A DNA stretch of 64,000 nucleotides, taken from positions 67,454 to 131,453 of IMG/VR virus record IMGVR_UViG_3300018080_000104. One strand, 5' to 3'. Under the pieces are notes generated by a model. It ran no database searches. It saw nothing but the letters and a program-made list of their open reading frames with translations, and was not told the origin of the DNA. This document shows, piece after piece, positions 10,000 through 19,498 of this stretch. The position numbers and the translations under genes were made by a program. Source of the DNA: a virus. Its lineage: Duplodnaviria; Heunggongvirae; Uroviricota; Caudoviricetes. Every line of letters starts with the position of its first letter. Positions within the stretch are counted from its first letter, which is position 1.

Positions 10000-12759
10000 C
10001 TAACTGATTATTCGTAGGCGTTGTCGGTGTTGGCAGCATTTCAGTCTTTCATGCCACCACGATTCGATTACAAGCCAGCCCATCTGATCATTATACCGAT
10101 ATTCGCGATCTAGTGCATTAGCGTCTGCCAACATTAGTGTAATGTGCGGCGCGTCTACAGGCGGTAACAGATTTTTTGCTAGCAGTGCATTAACAACTGC
10201 GCGGGGGATGAAGATACCCGATACCTCTTTGCGGGCAAGACGATATAGGGACAGTTTGACTGTTTTATCGTTGTAGCCGTCCTGCTGTATTCCTAGCTGC
10301 CCGTCGACGATAAAGCGGTATAGCATAGCCACAAAGCGATCTGCTTGGTGTACCGGCGCATTGCCGACGTCATCCAATATGTCTGCTGCCGCATATACAA
10401 TATGACTATTTCCGCCGTTTCGTTCGACCCATCGCGCCATGTCGCACAAAATACGCAAGCTAAAGATAGTTTCGGATGTATCAGTTCTGAGTTTCCGTGA
10501 GACAACATCGTGTAGCCAATGCACAAAGATTTTATCGCCGTCAATGGGCATTTCGGGGGGAATATTTAGTTCTGGCGTGTATGTTACAAAACGCCACGGC
10601 GACTGTATCGCCATTGCATCTGCAGCATAGCGATCTACAGGCAAAAGTACGTCCTTGTCTCCCAGGAAACCACACCAAGTTCGTATTGCCCGTTTATCCA
10701 CTTTGTTGTGGACACTGAGCCATACCGGCCAGTTGTGTGTTTTGACGGCTGTCTGTATGGCTGCCGCAGCATTAAATGATCGCTGTGGCTTGTTTGGCAC
10801 GCTGTACGCATTACAGCCGAACAGTTTTGCGATATACTGCCCAATATTAGTAGCGCCAAGCCCGATCAGGCCTATACCCGCCGGCCGCTGATTCAACGGG
10901 CGGCCGATTACATTAGCGCCAACGCATGCAGCGACAGCCCAGAATATCATGTTGGCTGGCGAATCGTGTAACAATGTGCCAAAACGCGGTGGTGATGCCG
11001 GCGGCATGAACGACAAACACGGCGATTCCTGGTCTGCCAATATCGATTTATGCAGCTGAACTTTTCCGCCGATATGCAATTCGTATTGGGGAAATACGAA
11101 GCGAGCCAGTTGCGGATTCCAGCCAAAACTACCAGCACTCACAATTGTTTCGGGCGGGCGCATCTGCAATGCAATATCGATCAGCTTTTTCTTGTAAGCA
11201 ACATTGGCAATTAGCGGCTGCATACCTGCCGCACTGAGCCTTCTTGTTATGATTTTTGCGCCGTTCTGTTCCATTGCTTCAACGGGCTCGACAAACGGGA
11301 TGGATTGTTTGCCCTGAATGAGTTTGCCCTGATAATAGCACTCATCCGGCTGATCGCTTCGCTGCACCAGATGTTCGATGTGGATGATGGTATTAGATAC
11401 ATGCTGGCCAGAGGCGTATTGCCATCCTGCATTGTTTTCTACGATCTTTATCTGGCCAGCATACGCGACATTGACTATATTTCGGCATTCTTCTGCGGCT
11501 TCCAGCGCTTCTCGCAAACCTCGCCGGCGGGTACAGATAAAATCTTTGAATATGGCATGTGGAATATCAAGCTGCTTAACGATGTTGATTCGTTGGGGCT
11601 GCGATAGCGGCAGCAGCTTTTGCTCTAGCGCTTGCTGCCACGGCATAGCGTGTCTGTGTATATACTGCAGCCAGCCCCGCGACGGCACCCGTTGCATATT
11701 GGTGGAGCGCGGACAGAACAGTACGTAACCATCTAAACGCGCAGCCATGCTGATAATATTGGCCGAGAATGTCGGGTTCCAGCATACATATCGAAAACCC
11801 GGTTGCGATGCCCACGTTGTATAAGCAGACAGCCAACGATGTGCGCCATGCATTGTCGTAATTCGCGTACTGTACGTGCTTACGAGCGGCAAAGGTAGTT
11901 CGTGATCCAACAGATGCCTTGCTTGCACACGGGCGGCAATGACCGGACTGTTGAACACGAAAACGGTATTGCCGAAGAGGTCAGTACTGTCCGTCGGCGA
12001 AAATAGCGTGTCGTACATAAACAGCCCGGTTTCAATGGTGGGCCGGACTTTGCGCGGTGTCTGGCAGTTGCGATACGCATTGTGGTACACAAAATCTTTG
12101 GCTTCGGCGTCGCGGCCAACAAACAGAAATCCACATATACGCTGTGGAAGATCATAAAAGGGCAAAACGAGTATGCCATTCCAGCCTTTTCCCGGGAATA
12201 TTCGATTCGGCCACTTCGGCAATTTGTTTGGCTGGAACAATGCTGTGGCTTGTTTGTAATGGGCGCCGCCGACAAAGCGACCTCCGCGGCCCAGCCACAG
12301 CTTGAGCGGCAAATCTTTATGTAGCTGTAGGTTACACGCAATGTCGCCGCCGCAAGTGTTACATTGCACCAGATCCCGCCGCGCAGTTTCCCAGAACTCA
12401 TTGACACGCTGTCGTGCGTCCAAATGGTGCTGCTGATAGGACGCTACACCCTCAATGGTGGTAGTGCTAGCCGGAAAGTCTACGCCGCCTTGCGATAGGC
12501 GTATAACAGTTGCAAGCATTGGCAACTTCCATACTTTGGCTGCCAACTCTACCAAGTCGCCAGTTGATTTACAGCCAAAACAGTGATGCCAATATCCGCC
12601 GAATATGTTATCTTGGTAGATGCTCAGATGGGGACTGCCGCATAGCGGACAGTCGACATCGAATGGCGGTGTCCCGGCTGGGGACTGTATATTCAACAGC
12701 GGTAGAGCCTTACACCAGTTTACAAACTTGTTGGGTGATGCCGGTACTTGGAATTTCAC
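10000..12759 (-). CDS. primase-like protein: CHC2 zinc finger, DnaG-like middle region, DUF927-like C-terminal region
   Basis: CPLC...HCFGC zinc finger followed by GDLVEL; LVLPFYD..ICGF segment; FGWNP motif. Confidence 0.65.
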   Translation of the reverse strand: MKFQVPASPNKFVNWCKALPLLNIQSPAGTPPFDVDCPLCGSPHLSIYQDNIFGGYWHHCFGCKSTGDLVELAAKVWKLPMLATVIRLSQGGVDFPASTTTIEGVASYQQHHLDARQRVNEFWETARRDLVQCNTCGGDIACNLQLHKDLPLKLWLGRGGRFVGGAHYKQATALFQPNKLPKWPNRIFPGKGWNGILVLPFYDLPQRICGFLFVGRDAEAKDFVYHNAYRNCQTPRKVRPTIETGLFMYDTLFSPTDSTDLFGNTVFVFNSPVIAARVQARHLLDHELPLPLVSTYSTRITTMHGAHRWLSAYTTWASQPGFRYVCWNPTFSANIISMAARLDGYVLFCPRSTNMQRVPSRGWLQYIHRHAMPWQQALEQKLLPLSQPQRINIVKQLDIPHAIFKDFICTRRRGLREALEAAEECRNIVNVAYAGQIKIVENNAGWQYASGQHVSNTIIHIEHLVQRSDQPDECYYQGKLIQGKQSIPFVEPVEAMEQNGAKIITRRLSAAGMQPLIANVAYKKKLIDIALQMRPPETIVSAGSFGWNPQLARFVFPQYELHIGGKVQLHKSILADQESPCLSFMPPASPPRFGTLLHDSPANMIFWAVAACVGANVIGRPLNQRPAGIGLIGLGATNIGQYIAKLFGCNAYSVPNKPQRSFNAAAAIQTAVKTHNWPVWLSVHNKVDKRAIRTWCGFLGDKDVLLPVDRYAADAMAIQSPWRFVTYTPELNIPPEMPIDGDKIFVHWLHDVVSRKLRTDTSETIFSLRILCDMARWVERNGGNSHIVYAAADILDDVGNAPVHQADRFVAMLYRFIVDGQLGIQQDGYNDKTVKLSLYRLARKEVSGIFIPRAVVNALLAKNLLPPVDAPHITLMLADANALDREYRYNDQMGWLVIESWWHERLKCCQHRQRLRIIS

Positions 12760-12772
12760 GGAAGGGTTCCAA

Positions 12773-13987
12773 ATGACTGCTATTGATCAGGCGGCAGATT
12801 ACAACGGACAGTCCATTCATCGTATCATTTCTTCTTTCGGCGCACCAGACTTTGTTAAAACTGCCAGTCGTCCGGAGCTTTGTGGAGAAGAAAATACGGC
12901 ACACCATCTGTTTGCGGATGTAACCCGCAAACGGTTTCCTTGCCATTCGCCCGCAGCTACTTGGATGTCTGCTGCATTCTTCTACGAGAATCAAAACAGT
13001 TTCAATAAGCATGCCGCAGCAAACATTGCAAAACGCATCAGCGACAGCGCCAGGTACTTCAAGATTACGGATGCTGTCAATGACATCATCGGCAAGGTCA
13101 CTAAAGCCGCCGAAGTCGACAGCAGCAAACTACCCGACGATGCATTTGCAATCGTCTTTGAGACCACTAGCGGCGAAAAAGAGCGAAGGCTGCCACTGCG
13201 AAATGCACAGGAGACCAAAACAGCTGCAGCTTGGCTAGTCAAATACCGCGACGATCTGGTTTTTGAAGACCGGCGGCAGATTGCAGACAAGATCATAGAA
13301 AAGGCAACCAAGTTTGGTGCCGACATTGTTGACCATCGAACCGAATTGGAAAAAATGGCCGGGCTCGGCGCATGCTCTGCGAAAGACGCCACTGCATTGA
13401 TTCGGAGTCGAATTAACGCAATTGGACATACGCACAAGCCCGACGATCTTCAATGCGAGCTTCAAAAGCTTGCAGGGATTATCGAAGAGAAGCCTTCTCG
13501 CCTGCATCATTTTGGTCCGTTAACCAAGCTGGCCGGCATACTCGATCAGTTCGATCGCACATACGGGCTGCAGAAAGCCTACGGCAAAACATTGCAGCGG
13601 CCGGAAGACGTATTATTCGGCGTCACCGAAAAAGTGGCAGCAGAGCTAGCCGATGAACTGGTTGGCAGTACGTTGACGGGGAACTACTACAAGCGAGCAG
13701 ATTTACAACGAATTCCGGTCAGTCATTTCGGCGATTCGCTTGGCGAAGATTTTGTCGACGCCATTTCTACAGCGGGCGCATGGGTTGATACTGAAAAGCT
13801 AGCTCGCGTTGTGCCCACTTTGCCGCTTGGAGATGCAGAACTGTTCGATGCCGTTGTCGCAGAAAACGGCATTCCGCCGTTCGCAACCAAGTCGGCGGCC
13901 GCCATCCGAATTCCGGACGCTGCTGAGTGTCAGCTGGCGGCTATGCATTCGCCGGCGCCTGGTTCTTTGTGGAATCACATACAATAG
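12773..13987 (+). CDS. hypothetical protein with two R-x-P...A-A-W/F repeats (DUF6582-like)
   Basis: Track ORF 12620..13987; likely start MTAIDQ at 12773; repeats RFPCHSPAATWMSAAFF and RLPLRNAQETKTAAAWL. Confidence 0.6.
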   Translation: MTAIDQAADYNGQSIHRIISSFGAPDFVKTASRPELCGEENTAHHLFADVTRKRFPCHSPAATWMSAAFFYENQNSFNKHAAANIAKRISDSARYFKITDAVNDIIGKVTKAAEVDSSKLPDDAFAIVFETTSGEKERRLPLRNAQETKTAAAWLVKYRDDLVFEDRRQIADKIIEKATKFGADIVDHRTELEKMAGLGACSAKDATALIRSRINAIGHTHKPDDLQCELQKLAGIIEEKPSRLHHFGPLTKLAGILDQFDRTYGLQKAYGKTLQRPEDVLFGVTEKVAAELADELVGSTLTGNYYKRADLQRIPVSHFGDSLGEDFVDAISTAGAWVDTEKLARVVPTLPLGDAELFDAVVAENGIPPFATKSAAAIRIPDAAECQLAAMHSPAPGSLWNHIQ

Positions 13988-14100
13988 GCGCCACTTCGAA
14001 ATAGGATTTGCAGGGGCAAATTATCGGTTTGCCGGCAGCGGTTAAACCTATTGTCTGGGAACATTTGCCGACGGCCGGTTTTATCGTTATCCGCAGTTGT

Positions 14101-14529
14101 TTACTTTCCATGGCTTAGCAAATATTCCTTGTCAGTGGTCGCTCTGGTAAAATCGTCTTTACGCACGAATACTCGCATAAAAACTGCGGTATGTCTATCA
14201 GGCTCGACCGCTATTAGATCTGATAATCGGTAGCGCACAGGCAAAACGATTTCAGTGGGGTACGCGAAACGCAGTGCTGCTGGTGCCGCAGTAAAAACAT
14301 GGATGCCTTTCTGTACGCATATTTGTGGGCCGTCTCTGGTATCGGCCGGATCTTTACCTGGCTCACGTACGTCTCGATTGCTGATTATCCGTCCTGGCCG
14401 CCAGCGTAAGCGGTCCTTAAAGATTCCTCGCAATTCTTTCGTCAATACTTTATAGCACGTAAGAACTCGCTGCTCTTTGTAACTTTTGCGGAAAGCAATA
14501 GTTGCCTGTTCGTTGTAGTATAAACACAT
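14101..14529 (-). CDS. hypothetical protein
   Basis: 142-aa ORF directly downstream of conserved motif copy 2. Confidence 0.6.
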   Translation of the reverse strand: MCLYYNEQATIAFRKSYKEQRVLTCYKVLTKELRGIFKDRLRWRPGRIISNRDVREPGKDPADTRDGPQICVQKGIHVFTAAPAALRFAYPTEIVLPVRYRLSDLIAVEPDRHTAVFMRVFVRKDDFTRATTDKEYLLSHGK

Positions 14530-14557
14530 ACGTTCTATCCAAACGGGCCTTAGTTAA

Positions 14558-14580
14558 ATAGTGTCGGGATTTGGCGATAA
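14558..14580. promoter_or_regulatory. conserved 23-bp intergenic motif, copy 2 (ATAGTGTCGGGATTTGGCGATAA)
   Basis: 19/23 identical to 2812..2834. Confidence 0.55.
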
Positions 14581-14607
14581 TTGTTAACGCTTTCTAACTG
14601 TTCGCCG

Positions 14608-14964
14608 TTATTTTGGCTTTTTCTTCTCCCTCTTCTTTTGTTGCTTGGCAGCATCCATGATAATGCTGCGGACCCGTAGCGACGTAGGCACTCCTGCAAC
14701 TGGCGGCGTTCGATCCCGCGATGTTTTGTTGGTAATATCCGTCAGCGTGATTTTGGCGCCGCAGAGCGGATAAAAGCTGATCCAGTCCAGCACGTACGGA
14801 CGGCTGCGAATGTACAGTTTTGGGTCTTCCCAGCGACTGCCGTCGAAATCTAGCACTCTACCGCGCATAAGCCCTTGTCCCACAAGATACTGCATAGGAC
14901 GAGACGGTTTTCGCCTATGCAGCGCTGTTCGCCAGCTCAGATCTTCTAGTGGCTTTAACGGCAT
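14608..14964 (-). CDS. hypothetical protein, possibly a chimeric methyltransferase remnant
   Basis: N-half resembles a SAM-MTase start (RTAL.R..PSRP..YL..GL..GRVLDF) but the glycine loop is lost. Confidence 0.35.
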   Translation of the reverse strand: MPLKPLEDLSWRTALHRRKPSRPMQYLVGQGLMRGRVLDFDGSRWEDPKLYIRSRPYVLDWISFYPLCGAKITLTDITNKTSRDRTPPVAGVPTSLRVRSIIMDAAKQQKKREKKKPK

Positions 14965-15689
14965 TGCGAAAGCTGGATAATCGCCGTTTTCGGCGGACCA
15001 GTATAACTGCGAGGCCGCTTCGGTACGGCTTTGGCGCGATAGCAGATTTTGCAGTCGGAGCAGGTCATTTTGTAGACCCAGTTCGTATATCCGTTTTCTA
15101 CAGGACATACAAGTCTGCCGTTCGCATACTTGCAAATGGTATCCCGTTTGACGCGGAATACCAGATCCGCATACGCCGGAACGCAATCATCTGCATGCAG
15201 CTGCATATATGTCGTACGCACGCCCTTTACCTGTGGCGGCTTACCATCAAGCCGATCTGTCTCACAATCGGTACTCCACCATAGTACTACATTGTGCTGA
15301 CGAGACAGCGCAATGAGTGCTGGTAACAACGAATTGCACCGCCACGCACGCGTGTATCCGTAGAACGTAGTAGAGCCACAACGGCGGGCAATGGCTTGCC
15401 ATTTGTAGATATATGCCTTGCTGTAAAAATCTCCGGCTGGGTGCAGCCGAACTATACGCACCTTTTCTTTGCGAATTTGCTGCACTACCGATTTGACAAA
15501 ATTGCGCTTTTTGGATGCAGCGTGTGCCTGGCGTAATGTCTCGCTGACAGCAGGCATTGCATAGAAGCCCCGCTGTGCGTAACAAACAGATAAACACGCT
15601 GCCGTGTATCCGGGACAAGTCTCAAAGGCCGGTAACGAAAAAGTATGAATTAGCGGACCGAGTTTTGAATTTCCTCGTTGTAAAAGCAT
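14955..15689 (-). CDS. Gene product 88-like protein (radical-SAM-like Cys motif)
   Basis: GNSKLG, FSLPA..TCPG...C...CYA, RLHPAGDFYS..Y..W, FYGYTR. Confidence 0.8.
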   Translation of the reverse strand: MLLQRGNSKLGPLIHTFSLPAFETCPGYTAACLSVCYAQRGFYAMPAVSETLRQAHAASKKRNFVKSVVQQIRKEKVRIVRLHPAGDFYSKAYIYKWQAIARRCGSTTFYGYTRAWRCNSLLPALIALSRQHNVVLWWSTDCETDRLDGKPPQVKGVRTTYMQLHADDCVPAYADLVFRVKRDTICKYANGRLVCPVENGYTNWVYKMTCSDCKICYRAKAVPKRPRSYTGPPKTAIIQLSQCR

Positions 15690-15737
15690 TGCGTCTCCTC
15701 AAGTGCGATTGGCTTAGTGCCACAAAGCCAAACTAGT

Positions 15738-16079
15738 TTACTCATCAACTCGAATTCTAATACCGCGCATCATGCGTTTGCCAGGAATAATTACTTGGCC
15801 TCGCCGCTCAGGTGCGCCAGATTCAGACACGAACTCCGAAATAGATGTCATGTCTGCTCCTCCACACTTCATTGATTTTTTTGTGTGTTTGCATGCGCGA
15901 TTGCCGTTACGCTTAAAAGCCCATCCGGGACAATTACATGAGTATGTATTGTCGTCCCAGAGGACAGTGCAGTACTTCGTATGGCCGTTAGAGCTCATAG
16001 GCTCTTTGATTTTTAACGGCTCGCAGACGCGCCCGTCGGGGTTGTATTTCTTGCCATTCTTGAAACTGGCTTCAGCCAA
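15738..16079 (-). CDS. SWIM-type zinc-finger protein
   Basis: YSCNCPGW......ACKH motif. Confidence 0.7.
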   Translation of the reverse strand: MAEASFKNGKKYNPDGRVCEPLKIKEPMSSNGHTKYCTVLWDDNTYSCNCPGWAFKRNGNRACKHTKKSMKCGGADMTSISEFVSESGAPERRGQVIIPGKRMMRGIRIRVDE

Positions 16080-16094
16080 TGTCTTATTCCTCCA

Positions 16095-16316
16095 TCATAA
16101 AAATAATTTTTTCACAGGCACTCCTTCCGGTTGGAAATCAGACCGTGCTATGAATTCTGTCGGAACATCGTTCGGTTGGACTTTGATAATTGGTACTTCT
16201 GCAAAGAACTTGCGTAAACAAGCTTTACAGTAAAGCTCTTCATCGGAAACAATGACGTCGCATTCGATGCAGTAGGCATCATTTTCTTTTTCACGTTTTA
16301 ATGCTAAACGTGCCAA
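16095..16316 (-). CDS. small zinc-ribbon protein
   Basis: CxxC-x10-CxxC (YCIEC...YCKAC). Confidence 0.55.
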   Translation of the reverse strand: MARLALKREKENDAYCIECDVIVSDEELYCKACLRKFFAEVPIIKVQPNDVPTEFIARSDFQPEGVPVKKLFL

Positions 16317-16825
16317 TGAAATTCCTCTTCTACCAAGGCTTGCCAGTCTGTTAGATTCTGGAAGTAGTCGTCTTCGTTGTCGTACTCTTCTTTTGTGGGA
16401 GGCACGGCATCATCCCCCTCAAGGTTTTCAGCAGCCCACTCTTCCAAATCGAAATTAGTCTCCGCCCCGTTTTCGATGATCCAGCCCATAAAACAACCGT
16501 CTGTAGATGTACCAACAATGGCGCCCTGTACCCTACTCGCAGGCTTTTCTTTTCCGGCTTTTTGATCTTCCTGGGACAATTCGTTAAGAAAGAAATCCGC
16601 CCGACTGAGGTTCCTATAATGACAACAAGGAATCTCAATCGCCAAATTGATCCGGTCGATGTTGGGATCGGCATCTTCATTGTCGCAAATGCGGTTGCTA
16701 TCCTCATCAACGAAGTAACCTTCCTGATCCAACCAACCGTCATTTTGTAGGCCGGTAACGACCCTATCAAAACTTTCCTGGTCGGGATATGTAAGCTGGC
16801 CTTGAATTGTTGCGTAAAAACTCAT
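16304..16825 (-). CDS. acidic hypothetical protein
   Basis: 173-aa ORF with AAGGA ribosome-binding site. Confidence 0.7.
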   Translation of the reverse strand: MSFYATIQGQLTYPDQESFDRVVTGLQNDGWLDQEGYFVDEDSNRICDNEDADPNIDRINLAIEIPCCHYRNLSRADFFLNELSQEDQKAGKEKPASRVQGAIVGTSTDGCFMGWIIENGAETNFDLEEWAAENLEGDDAVPPTKEEYDNEDDYFQNLTDWQALVEEEFHWHV

Positions 16826-16920
16826 TTGATTTTCCTTTCTCCTTAGATAACAGCAACTCGGCTGTTCGTAGATCGCTATTCCTCAATATCCGCCCACTCC
16901 AACTGCTTAATGCATACGGG

Positions 16921-16955
16921 AAAAGAGCCAGCCCGGCTGGTAAGGCCGGGCCGGC
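16921..16955 (-). terminator. probable intrinsic terminator after the DUF3150-like gene
   Basis: 11-bp GC stem (GCCGGCCCGGC/GCCGGGCTGGC, one GU) followed by TCTTTT on the minus strand. Confidence 0.6.
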
Positions 16956-17010
16956 CCATGACGCAGGGTCGCTACGCCTCAGCGGATACAGATTCGGGCA
17001 TCTGTTCCGG

Positions 17011-18135
17011 CTAAGGCCGAATACGAATTCCGCGAAATTTGCGAACTGCCGTCAAAGCTGCATTTGCATTGGCAGCTTGTTCCTGTACGTGTCGCAGTGC
17101 GCCTGCAAGCCTAGCGCCAATTTCTTGACTCGCATTGACTTCTTGTACGGTAACGTGCTGCAAAGCAGCCTCGCCTTCGCGAATACGCGCGAGCAGCTCG
17201 TCGTCGGCAAGAAAACTGAAGCCTCTGACTAGCTCGAAAGCACGCTCGACTGCGCTGATTGTGCCATTACGGATAGCGCGCCCGGACCTGATAGCCTCTA
17301 GCAGATAATCGATAGCATCAGCAAGCTGCTGTCGCGGTTCGGTGGCAATACTGTCCACTAGACGGGAAGCAATTTGATTCATTTGCTCCCGGGCCTCTCC
17401 AATCAGCGCCATGGCCGATTCATCACCGATTCGATTGACCGGATTGCTCATTTCGGTTAATAGCGTAGCCATTATGGCTGCCGCTTCTTCGTAAGCTGTC
17501 GATGCTGCGCTGCCAGTGCCTGTTGCAAGACGAGACAAATCGGCCTGCATAGAGTCAAGCGTTTGGACGACTTGCCGGATTTGCTCTGCTGTAACGGAAA
17601 GACTCATTCCTCCGCCCATCGGAAAAATGGGCCAACGCATTCCGAACTTCTGGTGGATTTGCGACTCAGTCGGAATTTTGCGAGATGCCTTGTCATATAG
17701 CTCTGGGCCGAGCTCTTCCTGCAAGTTCTGTAAAATGTTGCCGTATTCCAGGATAAAATTATCGCGATCCGTTTCCAGGGTGTCGCGAAGCGCGTGTAGT
17801 TCTTCGAAGATAGCGCCAGCGCGGCTTATTGGTAAAATTGCCATGCCTTTCGACGCGAACGCGAGAGAGGCTTTGGCCAAAGTAGCGCGGGCTTTGCTCT
17901 CCGTTTTCTGAAATTTCGTATGCCATACCCGCGGCATGAGTGTCCACTGGGGCTTGTTACGGAATTTCTCCGCGATCTCCAGGTTCTCGCCGCTGCTACC
18001 AGCGCCCGCAACCTCAACAATGGCGTCGCTGATTTGATACTGAAGTTTAGGCCACGATACGTTAAGCACGACCAGATAGACGTGCTTACCTATCTCTTGA
18101 AGGAGTTCTTCGCCTTGCAGAGTCTGCTCAGTCAT
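17011..18135 (-). CDS. DUF3150-like protein
   Basis: LVVLNVSW start, F...ES.AR..L....F...G.AILP...F.EL..L...F..Y pattern, helical C-terminus. Confidence 0.55.
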   Translation of the reverse strand: MTEQTLQGEELLQEIGKHVYLVVLNVSWPKLQYQISDAIVEVAGAGSSGENLEIAEKFRNKPQWTLMPRVWHTKFQKTESKARATLAKASLAFASKGMAILPISRAGAIFEELHALRDTLETDRDNFILEYGNILQNLQEELGPELYDKASRKIPTESQIHQKFGMRWPIFPMGGGMSLSVTAEQIRQVVQTLDSMQADLSRLATGTGSAASTAYEEAAAIMATLLTEMSNPVNRIGDESAMALIGEAREQMNQIASRLVDSIATEPRQQLADAIDYLLEAIRSGRAIRNGTISAVERAFELVRGFSFLADDELLARIREGEAALQHVTVQEVNASQEIGARLAGALRHVQEQAANANAALTAVRKFRGIRIRP

Positions 18136-18505
18136 ATAGTTCCTGTTTGGTTACTTGGCCGCCGTCTACAACGCGATCTACTATCCGTCGAAGCAATCGT
18201 CGAATGTATTTGCGCAAGACAGGATCGACAAACGCGGCAGCTTTTCTGCGAATCAGCTTTGCATGCAGTTCGCGTTTTTGATCCAGAATGCCAGCAGCCG
18301 TTCCTACGATGTAATCCGCTGTTGTTCTACATATGTACGACTTTAGCGTAAAACCACCAATACCATGATGCAGATTGTAGCTTTTGCACTTACGAACTTG
18401 TTTTGCAAAAGCATCGACTATATTTGTCGTAATCGGTATGCCTGGCTGCCATATATCTGGCATAGATTTTACTTTGGGTGTGGTAGATTGTTTTGGCGCA
18501 ACCAT
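18128..18505 (-). CDS. hypothetical protein
   Basis: ORF overlapping both neighbours. Confidence 0.55.
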   Translation of the reverse strand: MVAPKQSTTPKVKSMPDIWQPGIPITTNIVDAFAKQVRKCKSYNLHHGIGGFTLKSYICRTTADYIVGTAAGILDQKRELHAKLIRRKAAAFVDPVLRKYIRRLLRRIVDRVVDGGQVTKQELYD

Positions 18506-18831
18506 TGTATTTCTGCTGCAAGAGCATCTGCGTGTGTATCATACGGGCCGAGTACCGGCCCGCCGACGGGCAGCATATCTGCCCACCAGAAATTGACAAA
18601 AGTCTCGCGGTCGATATGTTTTAAGCTTGCTGCTGTACAGAAACAGCTAGTCAGACGGTCGCGAACGGCAACCCTCGCATCCCACGACAACGAAGACCAG
18701 GATTCGATGTGGCTATTACGCCATACTTGCGTCTTGCTGCCAAAAACAGTCAGCACCTTGTCGGAGTCATCATCCACAAGGTGCCGACTGCTGCCATCGG
18801 ACTCTACGATGACTTCAAGCGTCCGGGTCAT
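18469..18831 (-). CDS. hypothetical protein
   Basis: ORF with AAAGGA ribosome-binding site; VGGPVLGPY...ALAAEI motif. Confidence 0.6.
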   Translation of the reverse strand: MTRTLEVIVESDGSSRHLVDDDSDKVLTVFGSKTQVWRNSHIESWSSLSWDARVAVRDRLTSCFCTAASLKHIDRETFVNFWWADMLPVGGPVLGPYDTHADALAAEIQWLRQNNLPHPK

Positions 18832-19027
18832 GTCCTTTGCCCGTATTCATTTCGATCGCTACATCTTCCAGGTCGTAAAAGTCAGCCGTTTTAGTCTGAT
18901 ACAATGCCGGACCTAGGCCAGCTTCATACGGCTTTGTCAGTTCCAGGCATCTACCGCCCTTCACTCCTTCGACTGTCATTTCCGTTTTACCGTCTGGTGA
19001 AACAATCATGATGATTTGTTGAGGCAT
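18815..19027 (-). CDS. DUF2997 family protein
   Basis: MPQQIIMIVSPDGKTEMTVEGVKGGRCLELTKPYEAGLG matches the family pattern (I.PDG.V...VEG..G..C...T..E..LG). Confidence 0.8.
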   Translation of the reverse strand: MPQQIIMIVSPDGKTEMTVEGVKGGRCLELTKPYEAGLGPALYQTKTADFYDLEDVAIEMNTGKGHDPDA

Positions 19028-19058
19028 ATTTGCTCCAATTTGTCTGTCGGCAGATAAA

Positions 19059-19484
19059 TTACAATGTAGGGGCAGACGTGCCGCCAATGGTATTGGGATT
19101 ATCGTCCAGCGCGGGCAAGTCATCACCTAGCGTAATTACGCATTTGATAGACCCGTCATCCAGCGGGATCTCTTCGAATTCGTGGCCCTGCTCCTCGGCT
19201 TTCATTTTGGCATTTTCGATAGCGTAGTATTGCGACAACGAATTTTGCATCGCTTCGTCGCCCCAGCGGCCTTCATAAGTATCGGCTGCAATTTGTCCGG
19301 TTTCTGTGTCGATTGCGACATCGTATCTGTAGCCTGGCAGGCTGACAAGATGGCCGGTAGCTGAGGCACTGAACTGTTTTACCGTGCCCACGCCGTTGTA
19401 TGTTGCTCCGGGAATACGACGAATAGCAGCTTTGAGTGCTTCGACCGAATATATTCCGGCCTTCCGTTTTTGTGTGTGGCTCAA
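19059..19484 (-). CDS. DUF1257 family protein
   Basis: TTG start after AGGGAG gives MSHTQ...EALKAAI; Y.V.ID..G.I..D.Y..W; L.QYYAIE.AK..A..QG. Confidence 0.7.
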   Translation of the reverse strand: MSHTQKRKAGIYSVEALKAAIRRIPGATYNGVGTVKQFSASATGHLVSLPGYRYDVAIDTETGQIAADTYEGRWGDEAMQNSLSQYYAIENAKMKAEEQGHEFEEIPLDDGSIKCVITLGDDLPALDDNPNTIGGTSAPTL

Positions 19485-19498
19485 TGTTTGCTCCCTGA

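Noticed and set aside
7740-12773. Shared late-promoter motif (CAGTTTAC...TTTCACG) upstream of both plus-strand genes
   Set aside because: The spacing between the two boxes differs greatly at the two sites and the words are short enough to occur by chance
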